Shown here: positions 14,119-27,460 of the stretch, in pieces
Position numbering within the stretch: position 1 is the stretch's first letter
How the letters are laid out: every line of letters starts with the position of its first letter
Assembly: GCA_012295275.1 (NCBI GenBank)
Contig: CM022669.1
Location: forward strand, 13,454,001-13,518,000
From: Chrysomallon squamiferum
Taxonomy: Eukaryota; Animalia; Mollusca
Reading direction: 5' to 3'
Length of the DNA: 64,000 bases
Translations under genes and position numbers: made by a program
Notes under the pieces: model-generated
The model's input: the letters and a program-made list of their open reading frames with translations, nothing else
What the model was told of the DNA's origin: nothing
Databases searched by the model: none

Positions 14119-15480
14119 AGTAATAGTAAATATTAATATTGTAGATGGGTTTAGTAATAAATTAAGAAAAACTAAATAATAAAAACAAAGAAACACAGAT
14201 AGTAATAATTATAATACTATTTAATTCATCCATACAAAGACGTACCACTCCTATATTCGGCCAGATTTGTGGGGGAAAATATGTAGAAAGCAAGAAGAAA
14301 GAAAGAAAGAAAAAAGCTTCATTTCTTTCAAACTACACTGTTTCATTTGCTCAATTTGTGATGGTTTGATAAAAGGTATTTTTTATTAGAATCTGGTACT
14401 TGTGTTTTTATCAGTTTTATATTTCGGGCTAATTCACCCTTCTGCATTCCTTAACCAAATAGTCCACATGTACTGATGCATCCATACTTAAGTTTTATAA
14501 CATATTACAGGTGATCAATAAACAAACCAATTATCTTTGGTTTACGTACGTACTAAGAATAGTGCGCTAAGTAAAATGACAGAACTCATATAATCTGATG
14601 ACTGCACTGGATACATAAGCTAAGACAATCTGACACGATTAGTGATAATTTGTAGTTACAAGTCGATTAAATGGACAAATACTGAGTTATGTGCCAGTTT
14701 CATGATTATTATTATTATAATATCATCATCATTATCATAAGTATCATCATCATCTTTATCATAATCTTTTCTTTTTTTTTACTATATATAGATAAACATT
14801 TTATGTACCAAATCATATCCAGATATAAATAATATCGGCAGCGATATATTCTCATCATTCTTTTATACCAAGCATTTTATTATTTTCAAAAAAGTATACA
14901 TCACCTGAAACACACAAAACAAGCAGACAACATATTTTTCCAATTAAGTCCATTTAAACGTACCGTCAAAGACACACATCTTTAAATCACTCTCGGAAAG
15001 AAGAAAAATCGGTGGTCAGAGATGAACAAATATAAACGTGTCTAAAACCTGAGTCGGCCATCACCCTTTCTTGTTGCTTTTCAGTTAAGTGCTCTTTCCT
15101 TACACCTCGCAAACTGTTCTCCTCAGAAGGTGACACACGGTTAAAGAACACGGTAGCTCGGGTCATTTAAATGACGTCAGACAAAGGAAGCCAATAATTT
15201 CGTTACGATTTTCGGAATATCCAAAGAGGGATTGTATGTTTGTTAAAACTATCTCTGTTTGGTATTTCGGCAGCATAAAGTAAAATTTAGAAGGTGGATA
15301 TATGTATAAAAAAATAACGCAGGAATTTATTTATAAGTATGTGGAATAAATAAAATTAATGCGTATTTCTGTTTTCAATCCCGTATCGTTTTGTTTGTGT
15401 AATTATTTATTTATATATTTAATTATTTATTTTATTTATTATATTTATTTATTTATTATATTTATTTATTTATTTATTTA

Positions 15481-15511
<31 letters not shown>

Positions 15512-15647
15512 GTTATTATTTTTATTTTATGAAACATAATTTTGAATAATCTTTTGTTTATTTTAGACAGTTTTAACTTGCACTGATTCTTATCTCTCTC
15601 TCTCTCTAACTCCACATCTGTATGCTCATTGTGTGTGTATATGTGTG

Positions 15648-15755
<108 letters not shown>

Positions 15756-17297
15756 GAAAAACCCACGTCTTTATGTATGTTTTATATGACAGTTTTTGTA
15801 TATCTTAAATTTAGTATTTTGGTAATTGTAAAAAATTAAATAAGCAAATTATACAAACCGTGTTTTAGCACTTACTGTTTTTTGTATGTTTTTATTTTTA
15901 TATCTTTCTTCTTTCTTTCATTGATTCATATTTATATATTTATTTATTTGTATTTGTTTGTTGCATTTGAAACGTACACTGGATGTATTTTGTATTGAAA
16001 ATAATAAAAACATATATATGTTGTTAAAAATAGTATGCTTGTTGTTAACATACCAATATTACTACTACTACTGCTGTAATTAATATTACAACAAAATTAC
16101 TACAACTACTGCTGTAATTAATATTACTGTTACCGTCTTCAGTAACACCACAGCACAAACATCAACAGTGCAAGTACTGCTGTTCCGTCCACCATAACTA
16201 TATATACACTACATACAAAAACAAACTACAAAGTTTATTACTATTGCTGTTACCTGAATGAAACTGCTGCTGCTACTTCTACTTCTTCTATATCCAGTAC
16301 AAGGACAGCTACTGATACTACATCTACTACTGCCACTCCTACCAGCATTACTACTATTATTATTACTAGTGGTACTACCACTACCACTGCCACTACATTA
16401 CTGCCATTACTACTACTATTCTTATTAGTACTGCTCTTATTATTAGTTTCCAGCACTACTGGTATACTACTGCTACTACTGTTACTAATGCTATTACTAC
16501 TATTGCTACCTACTATTACAACAATCACTACTACGATAATGATTACTGATATCGCGATTATAACTATCAGATCAGCTATGAAAAATTATGACTACGTTTA
16601 ATACGACCTAATAAAACTATTTCTACAAACGATGAGAAACAAGGCTCTGTTCTTTTAACCAATAACTACACTTCTGTATCAATAATGCAGAACATCATTA
16701 TTACAGAAATCATTCGCAAACTTTCAGCTACGTCGTCGATCACAATTACGTGCATAAACTGCGTCGTGGATAACGGCGTATCTGCGAACAACGTAACAAA
16801 CGGCATCGTGGGTAATGTCACGCAGATCTAAAGATGAACTCCGACGTCAATAACGTCGCGTCTATGAACCATGTGGAAGCACCAAACCGTCTAATGTCGT
16901 GGGATTTGTAACAAGTCTTTCCTTGTTAGAACTGTACTAATCTGTCACTGCTCTCTCGCAGTCCGGGATCAGAGGCTGACAACATCAAGCTTCAAGATCG
17001 GCGAAGGAGAACGCAGATTTATAGACCCCAGTCTTCTTGTAACGGACACCAAAGAACGATGCGTCTGGATTGGGAAATATAAAATAACCAACGTACGAGT
17101 TCGGTTCGCATTTAAATAAAAGGCCATCATTATATCGCATTTGTAAGAAATAGTTGCAGCTAGCTGGGGAGCAAAGTTTACAAAATCTTTGGCAGTGATC
17201 GATGAAGTACGTTAGCTACGTCTGAATGTCTGTCTTTTGTTATTACAAGAAAATGTATTAGAAGATACGGTGGTAAATTTTGATCCTTTACAATCTG

Positions 17298-17380
<83 letters not shown>

Positions 17381-17569
17381 CAAGTCTTAATACAAAAATA
17401 TTCGCTTAATTTAATGTGACATCACTGTAAATAACGTTTTCGTATACATATATATATATATATGCATACACTAGAAATATAAATGCACATAAACAAACAA
17501 GCACACACCATCACAGATATCAGTCTGGTAATGTAGTCTATCTATCACACATACATACATACATGCTGC

Positions 17570-17846
17570 CATGGCCGTAACTAGACTCTTTTGGAAATGA
17601 GGCAGAAACACTTAATCGCAAAATAATTTGGGCCATGGATCTGGGGGCTTCAAACGGTAACCGTAGACATAAACGAATTCATCCAGTGGATATCGTGAAT
17701 AGAGATTTATAGTTTATATTTTTAAAATAAAATCTCTGTATATAAATATTTGAAAAAAACAAAAAAAAAAAAAAAAAAAAAAAAAATGGAAAAACAAATC
17801 GTCAATTTTGGTATGAGGCATTTGCCTCAGTGTAGTTAGAACCATG
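17570..17846. mobile_element. Possible degenerate MITE (non-autonomous DNA transposon)
   Basis: Left end CATGGCCGTAACTA versus the reverse complement of the right end CATGGTTCTAACTA (11/14 match). TGAGGCA occurs near both ends, with a TGAGGCATTTGCCTCA hairpin. No clean target-site duplication. Confidence 0.35.
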
Positions 17847-17867
17847 CACGCACATACTCTAATTCTT

Positions 17868-17930
<63 letters not shown>

Positions 17931-18746
17931 TATTAAGAAAAGACGCCACCCAAAAAAACACATTAAAAAACGCAACTTATTCATGTTTCAGGAACAACAC
18001 AAAAAATGCAAGCAAACGTTCGAGAGCATCCTTTACTGTAATACATTCGCATTTGAAATTCAGAGCTACTGTTGGAGAGAGGACAGAACTCTGTGTCGTA
18101 AAATTACATTGCTAGAACTGAGACGTCTGGAATTTTGGTTTTAGAAAATGATTAGATGAAGTGTGGCGAAGCCTGAAGAGGATGATATAAGAAAATTAAT
18201 CAATGAAAAAAAAAAATCCTAATAATAAGTTTTATCAGCACGATTTCGACCTGGAAGGGCTTGACGTTTGTGAAGTAAAATGCAGTAAAATAACCTCATT
18301 CAGATGTTTGAGTAGAAAATATTTCTAATCCTTTGTTGCCGATGGTTTTCATCAGAGGAAATGCAGAACTGAAGTGTTTCAACAAACCAGAGCAGTCAAC
18401 AACTGAATGGAACATTTCGGACTTAATAATAAATATCAGACCATGATCTTATTAAATGGTCAGAAAATTTAAAAACAAAACAAAACAAAAATAAAAAACA
18501 ACCAAAAACAACACAAAAAATAAATAAATAAATAAATAAATAAAAGAAAATAAATAAATAAATAAATAAATAAATAAAAGAAAATAAAAAAATAATAATA
18601 AAAAAAGATAAGACGTTTATAATAATTTCGGCAGTGTCTGCAAACATTTATGTTTTCGACTGAGCTAAAATTGGTAGTTAATAGAGATGGAAACTTTTAA
18701 GAGACGAAGTGACCTATATGTATTTTATAAATATGCTTTATTTATT

Positions 18747-18821
<75 letters not shown>

Positions 18822-19974
18822 TAATTAATAAATTATAATTAATTAATTAATTAATTTTATTTATTTATTTATTTATTTTTTCTTATTTTTTTTTAATGTT
18901 CTTTTCAAAGGATCATGGATTATTCGAAGAATTCCGGCAAGTAATTGCTACAACGCTAATGTCTAAGACTAAAATGGCACTGGCATCATGGAAGATTAGA
19001 TCTTTTACCCACTTTCTTAAAAGCATACAAAAGATACACGGTCTTTTATTTTACTTACGGGGTTTGTATCGTCTTCAACTGAACATTCTAACTAAGCATC
19101 ATAATTATGAAAAACTCTCATGAACGCTCTAAACATTCCAAGCTAAGTAAGAACATAAATATTCGACCTTCAGCGTTTTATAATGAACTATAATGGATAT
19201 AATTATCATGATTCACGATTCATAAGTGCAGTTCTGAACAGCAGCAACATTCGTCATTGTCGAGTCAAGGCGACATTGAAAGTCTAAAACATTTTAAACA
19301 ATGCATAAGTAAGAAGAAGAAGAAGAGAAAAAAAAAAAGCCACATCAAAACTGATCAGCTTCGTCTGGGGAAGAAAAAGAAAATCTATTAACTTTTCTTT
19401 TCTTCAAGAACTGAAAAATAATATGACAGCTAAACTATTTATTTATTCATTTATTGGGTGCTGATGAAGTCAGACAGTGAAACATTTCTTTGTTTCGCTT
19501 TTTAGTGATTTATTACTTTCTTTAATCGTTTGTTTTGTATAAAAATTGATAAATATGACTTGCCAGATACTGATGCATTGATGAAATGGCGTTAAAAAAA
19601 AAAAAAAAAAAAAAATAATAATAAAATAAAATAAAATAAAATAAAAAGAAGAAAATTTAAAAAGAGAAAATTTAGCCATAGCTTTCAAAATAAATGGGAT
19701 TCTACCTTTCCAAGCTTGGTCAAGGTTAAGAGTTGCTTACAGCAATGCATATATCACGCTACATTTCTGGATAAAAATATCGGCAATTCATCGATCAAAA
19801 TAAAAGCTTTAAAAAGAAAAACAAAATGAAGGACCTGTCACTGTTCTCGAAAGAACAAAATCTTCGATTGAAAAATGAACAGCCAGAACATAAATTTACT
19901 GAAATAAAACTATTATGTAACGTCCTAAAAAAATCTAAAATAAAAAATATTAACATCTATTGTATAACTTCAAA

Positions 19975-20033
<59 letters not shown>

Positions 20034-21155
20034 TAATAATAAAATTTAAAAGAAAACCCTCTCCTTCCTGCAGAATATTCAAAAAATACGAATAAAAATG
20101 ATAATAAAGAAACTTTGATCAAGCTAAATGCAATGGAGCCAAGCGACAATGAAGTAAAAACTGCAAAATCATCGAAATATTCTACATCTGAAATGTTATT
20201 TTCTTACTGTTTTGAGGTCACTGCCCGCATCGAACTAAGGTGAATTTTAGAAATTTCTAATTCCGAGACAAGAAGGCTTAACATGACCACCATCATTATC
20301 ACCTATAAGTAGACCTTCTGAACATTCTAATTTGAAGGCAACCCCGCCCATTTGTAAATCATTAATTTTAACTAGCATCCATAGTACAGCTCTTACTACT
20401 AAAGCTACTGCCAAGACCACTCACAGACGTTTTAAAATAACTTACTGTTCAAATTTCACATCTAAATTTTGTAAAGACCAATACACTGTAAGCGATCAAG
20501 CAGTTATATCTACCTGAAATTAAGAAATTCTTATTTTTGGCTCCTCAAATTCTATCATGAATTAATTTAGATAAACATTATGAAATACAAGTAGAATTCT
20601 AAACCAGAGCGACAGTTTATCCTCTTTTTTTTATGACCATGATGACAAGTTTATAAAGTAACTTTAAAGCCAGAAAAGAATTTAATCGTGGTCATAAGTT
20701 ACAAATCGGTCGACGTGCCCACGTGCATAATTATGATTACTCCATTTGCAGAAAGTACGCTACAACTAAACTGCTCTTTGCAGAATTAAATTTGGGAAGC
20801 CAAGTCAAAATTATAACCTTGACCAAATCGAATTAATTTGGATCCAAAAACAACAAAGGATGCATATTTATGCGTATTCCTAATGGCGAATTTTAGTCTG
20901 CCTAGGATCGATTGCCGTGAACGCAAACCGTAGCCAGCAGAAAATATCGAACTTGGAATTAACAATTTAAACTAGATACTTGAACACAGGACAGTCTTCT
21001 AAAAGCCTCCGAAATTTTCACTGCTGGTGTTGAAGCCTTTTAAATTTATTTCAAATTTATTTCTACCCCGGAACACCAAAAGTTGTTCAGAAGTTCGCGA
21101 TGGGCACATATAGTTTTTAACGCACAATTAAAGTAGCTTGTCATTTTTGGGAGTC

Positions 21156-21201
<46 letters not shown>

Positions 21202-22090
21202 CTCCACTAGGGAAAAGATTTGTCTGTTTATGACATTTAACAGGCCCTGTTTTGTTTCTGCTATGGAAAAGGAAGAATTGCACGTAAATAAAACAAACAA
21301 TGACAATTTAAACCTTTATATTTGTGCTGTTGTTTCGTAATCTGATGGCAAATTTCGGAATTTATTTTAAATTACTGCATTATGATAGACTTCACGTTTA
21401 AAGTATCAAAAGATGTTTTGATTGTAATAAGTTTTCAAAGGTTTTAATAAACAAATGATTAAAACTGCATATATTTTAGGTTTTAATAACTTCTTTCTCC
21501 AAAAACGTCTTACGTTTGAAAATATTATGAAATCTGGACTTAAAATAAAGATTCTACAGAAATGGAAAAATGAATGGAAAAACAAATTATATATTGAGAC
21601 CTTTTGGAAATTAGTCGACTACTCGAAACAGATATATTTGCAACCGTTAGAAAACAAGAAAGCTCGTCGATATTTAAAACACGTCACAATTTTTAAGTTC
21701 GAGATGTTCGCCTGGATGCTGGAATTTCCACTATTTTTGAAAAGCTCAGATGGAAGCTTCAGAATTTATCAGTTACGACTATTTACAATAGTGAACAAAC
21801 CTAAAACCTGAATACTAGACACCTAGTCAGTGGTTCCAAGAATGTAGTGAATTATGGGAAAGACTGTTACGTGCGCAAAATACAAACTGTGATACGTGTT
21901 GCAGCTGTCTGTTATTTAGAATATTACGTACATACAAGAGGTTTATTTAAGTTCCTTTCACTCTATCTGATTCCTCATCAAAGGAACATTTTGAAAAGGT
22001 CTCAGTGTAACAACAGCCAATGAATGACCAGTTCAAACAGTATAACAGAATTTGAGAACAGAACTGGAAGTCTTTTTGTATTTGCATTTT

Positions 22091-22200
<110 letters not shown>

Positions 22201-22443
22201 ATCATATACTAAAAATAATGAGGTAGAAACTTTAAATCAGTATTAGATATAAAATGAGAATGAATAACACATTGAAATACATTCTGTGCATTATATCCCT
22301 AAATATATATATAAAGACCAAAAATACACACCAAAAAACAAATAAACAAACAACAAACACAAACATAAATAAATAAATACATAAACAAACAATAGCCAAT
22401 GTCTTTGTCACTGCTGAAACGGTGACTTGCACAGATAATGACA

Positions 22444-23210
22444 TTACGTCATCACATTGTTAACCCGTAGAAAACGATACATACTGACTTAATTTGCATA
22501 AAGGAAGTATGCAAAAGTGTGCCATGTAAAAACGTGTGTGTGTTTGCATATATTCATACATACTGATGCTCATACAGAGGCATATGCACACACATACATG
22601 TGTATATGTGTATACATACATTCAGATATATACATGCATGCATACACGTTTCAATACTTTATATAACGTATACAATAGGACATTAGCCTTACGTCATTTC
22701 TTAATTAGAAAATGTTATGTTTACATATATGTGTACGTACAAAGATACAGTTATATTAATATGCATACATACGTACATCTATATGCATGCATATACATAA
22801 CTTGATAAATAATAATTCAGATAAACATGCACATACATACACACACACACACATACATACACACATACATACTTACGGCATATGGTTAAACGCTGACAAA
22901 GCCACATCACTAGTGACGCTTCGACGTACTTCTTATAAATCGTATACGTAGACAATGGTGTTACGTCATTTCTTTGTTAATATCGTAACTCTTACGTTAA
23001 CTTATATACATATATACGCATACGTAGATAAATCGATATATGCAGGCATAAACTGTATAAGCAAGCATGTATTTACATAACCATGCATGACACATCTATA
23101 AAAGTATATCCATTCTCATACATGATGACGTGAATATGTTATTATTTGTACATATAATTACATACACGATCGCTGTATCTAAAAAAAAAAAAAAAACCCG
23201 CATTACGTCA
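22444..23210. promoter_or_regulatory. Homotypic cluster of CRE/bZIP-type sites upstream of CSPG4
   Basis: TTACGTCA at 22444, 22689, 22961 and 23203, all in the same orientation, plus TTACGTTA at 22992 and TGACGTG at 23126. Function is inferred. Confidence 0.4.
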
Positions 23211-23990
23211 GTAACAAAACAACAAAATCAATATTTCCGTGGTGACATCAAAGCAAGCAAAAACTTTGCAAAATAAATATTTATATAGTTCACAGATGAA
23301 GTATGAAATTTAATGAATTTAAAATCGTGTGAAAAGTTATTTGATGACAGTATTACGTGTTTATACAGATTGTACGTATTTATCAAAGTATATACAGTAC
23401 AATAGATATTGCAAATAAAGAACATTCCTTGTTTTTTAAATCTTCATATTCTGTCGAGCTTCGATTCACAAACGTTAATATTTTAATACGTATTTAATTT
23501 CCCCATGGTGCCATTACACTGGAAAATACAGGCCAATAAAACTGAATAAAATGTAATCCGATAGTAAGAAATGACGGGATGTCTATCTATAGAAACTGAA
23601 ATAAGACATCATTAACCCAGTCTTTTTAGACAATTTGCTGTAATAGATAATTCTTGCCTTTGTCTATGAGTCATAGGTGTTAATACATATTAAAAAATAT
23701 ATATTATTATTATTATTATTAAAATTACATATGATAAACTTTTCATTAATAAAAATAATTTCTGGTATTAAAAATAAAATTATTTACTAATATATATCAT
23801 CTTCAAATTTGAAATAATAATATTGTCGAGGATGTGCAACTAAGGTGCGCAGTAAAAAGTGGTGGAAAATTAAAAGCAAACCAACAAATGGCAGAAGATG
23901 GGATAAGGGTCTTGGTTTTAAGACAAATTTTGCAGCATTGCACGTCTTTGACAGCTGTTTTGCTAATGATAAGGACTCCATGCTGCAGAA

Positions 23991-26416
23991 ATGTGGTCTA
24001 GGATAGGGCCAAGTGTCCTAGTTTTTATTTCTTCTTTCTTTGTCTACGTACATGCAGGTAAGAACATCTGATAGGTCTGTTCTAAATTTAGACTGCACAA
24101 ATGTCAAAATGACAAAAGTAGCAATTTCTTTTTATTTTGTATGCTTTAAGTAAGTTTATTCTTTCAACAAATGGACGCTCTTATTCTGTTATATTATTAC
24201 TTAAACAGAAGCATCTTGTATGTGTATGGTTGACATATATGCTCGTTAAAATGTTATCATACCTAATAAAAAAAGAAAAAACAAAAAGAAAAAAATATAA
24301 TAAATAAATATATAAAATGTATATATAATGTATAATATAAATTCAGGTAAATATTTTCGATTCTTTAATTATCTGAAGCCAGACCTAGAATTTCTGGTAA
24401 TTACTGTTTATTTTTCATAAAAATGATCTGCTTTTATTACATTTAACTAAGTTTACAGTAGCATGAAATGTAAATGAAGCTTATTTTATCTGAATAAAAT
24501 GATAAATATATCTGAATGTTACTGTGGGCGGACTAAGTTATTAATTAGCTCATCATTGTTGCCATACTTTCTTAATTCACTTCAGACAGAAAGTTTAAGA
24601 AAATATACATTTTCATAACAGTAATTATAAATAATAACATAATCTGTTATACCATTATTTTGAAGCTTATAATTATATTGAATTTAAATGAGGCTTAAGT
24701 AAAATAAAATTTAAAAAGGAATAATAATTTGCAAATCATTTATGTGTGTATGTGTTTGTTTTGGTGTATTGTACAAAAATGTTTTGTTTAAATGTTTCAA
24801 CAGTGCCCATAAATAATCCATTTTAATTTTAGACAACAAGTATACATACAAGAGTTTTTGAGAGTTATTTTTTGCTTTGTTTTGTAAACCGATTTAGAAA
24901 TCTCTACTTTATCTTTCACAAACTAAAATCAGATAAGAGAACATTTTACAGCTGTACATAATCTTTCCCTGTCACATTTGATAAATTGTTACTCAGCACC
25001 TCAGTGCATTCTTTGAACTGTGTAAGACAATACCCCAACCCACCCACACTAGAAAGAGTCAGTATGTTTTCCATCATGTCTGCAACACACTGGTTCCTTG
25101 TGTGTCTCGTCAATGCTTAGTCTGTGAAAGAACGGATAATGTTTCTGTTGTCTCAGCTGTATCTTTCTTTTTAATGGCATGGAATCACAGCTTGATTTAT
25201 TTGTATAAGTAATTGGGGAAAATGCAGGTTTAACTTGGATAATAGCTATTTTTGTATCTGTGTCTGCTGTTTCTTTTGGGTTTTGAAAGGCTTTTTACAA
25301 TAGATTGAACTGCAGAAGTGTATGCTTTTGAGGGATGATCATCTGATGTTTAAAAATGTACTTATATGTTTCAGTTGCATACGAATACATCTTAAAAGGC
25401 TTTTTTTAAAAGCAAATAATGAAATAAAAATATTATTCTTGTGCATCTATTATAAAATGTATGTAATATATACTATTAATGAAATTTGTTTTCTAATAAT
25501 GATAATTACTTCAAATTTAAGTAATAAATAAAAAAAATAAGAAAAATATGATAATAATGATGTCATTCCTTCAGGATTTACATATTTAGGCACATATATA
25601 AATTTTATGATATCTACAAAATTTCAAATCTACACATAATCATTATAATCTGAATGATTCAAATTTGCAAACTAATACTTGATATTTGCAACAGCGTGTT
25701 CTTTAATGTTCACAAATTGGAGATGGAATTTTAAGTAGAGCCTGTATCTAATGTCAGTAACTGATTTTGTTTGTTATGCTTGATTTAGCCAGGTTTATTT
25801 CTATTATACTCTGTCCATGTCTGTGGCTGTAAAATGAGGAATGTTTTCACTTGAGAGTGTCACAGTAATGGAACTTGTCATTGTGATTAGTGGAACATCA
25901 CTGTGTACATAGTTAGATTACACTTTGTATAGATCTGCATACCTGACCAGTCAGACAGAGAGTCACAAGGAAAGTGTGACAATAGGTCATGAAATCAGCC
26001 ACACCACATGTTTCCCTGCAGTGTTTTTCCATTCCACTGTAGCCAGTGTGTATCCATCCATTAGCAGTTTTTATTAATATCAGTCCTTCATGAATTGATG
26101 TCTCAATGTTCATGGTAAAATAATAATGAAAATAAATAAATAAATAAATAATAATAGTAATAGTAATAATAGTGATAATAATAATAATAATAATAATAAA
26201 ACTACTAAAATAAATAATAATAATAGTAATAAAAAATTAATTAAAAGAAACATATCAATTTATTTAAAAGAGTCTAACAACTTTGTTTATAATTTAATTT
26301 CCAGAATTATGAATAATTTTTTTGTTTTTTATCCTGTCGCTACTGATCTCCCAAAAAGATTCTTGAAAAGATTACTTTTAAATATTATAAATATGTAAAC
26401 TACAAAAAACAAAAAC

Positions 26417-26465
<49 letters not shown>

Positions 26466-27428
26466 ACACACACATGTATATATATGTGTGTGTGTGTGTG
26501 TATATATATATATGTATATAATTTTGTGCTTTTTATCTGAATATTTTTGTAAAATATATAAAATCATTTTATCAATTAAATGTGATTTATTATTAATATA
26601 ATTTAAAAAAACATGGAAATAAAATTGATTCATTTTAATTAATGCTCTGTAACTGAATACTGAAGTGTTCAAATTAAAATAGTTTTTGAAAACCAAAGCA
26701 CTTGAGCGCATGGCACAGTTTTACTTTATAAGGATGTGATACTTGAACCCAGTGCAGTTAACATAATTACATTAATAACAATACTTATGCAGACCTTCTC
26801 ATTTATCAAAGAGCTTTAAATTAAGGGCAGGAACTGAAAGAAAAGACAATTTACTGGAACAGCATAGATGACTAGCACACAACTGAAATGCATTGCTTGT
26901 AATGTATATCTAGCAACATGTGCAGAACAGCGTAAAATGGGAACATTTAACATGCCAAAATCTGTGATGCTTCTGTTATTGAAACTAAAGAGTCATATTA
27001 ACAAGCTTGGAGAGCTACAGATCTATTTTTGTATCGAAAACTATTTTATGAAACTGATGAAAAATCTAGATGGAGACGATTACTTTTTTCACTTTTTATT
27101 TTTAAATAATAATTTTAGCTGACAGATTTTTATTTATATTTATTATTATTATTATTATTATTCATTTTGTTTAATATTTTGGTTAGATGCAAAGTTCTAG
27201 TTATGTTAGTTATAGCTGATAAACTTTGTTCAAATTAACATCATTTGTGGAATGTTTCTTGTTAGATAAAAGTTACAGTGAAGAAAAAGAAAATAATTAT
27301 GTTTCTCAGGATTTCAATGTGTCTGTTTTGGATTTTGCAAGCAATCTGCATTATGTATGTAAAGGATATTTCTGGTTTAGCATATAAAAGTGATGAATTG
27401 AGAAGTAATTATCTTCTTTTTTCTTTGT

Positions 27429-27460
<32 letters not shown>

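Noticed and set aside
16250-16528. Mucin- or TM-like low-complexity ORF
   Set aside because: Degenerate (CTA/CTG)n trinucleotide repeat.
21455-21811. 118-aa ATG-initiated ORF
   Set aside because: K/I/F/L-rich composition typical of random AT-rich DNA, with no recognisable motif or splice support.
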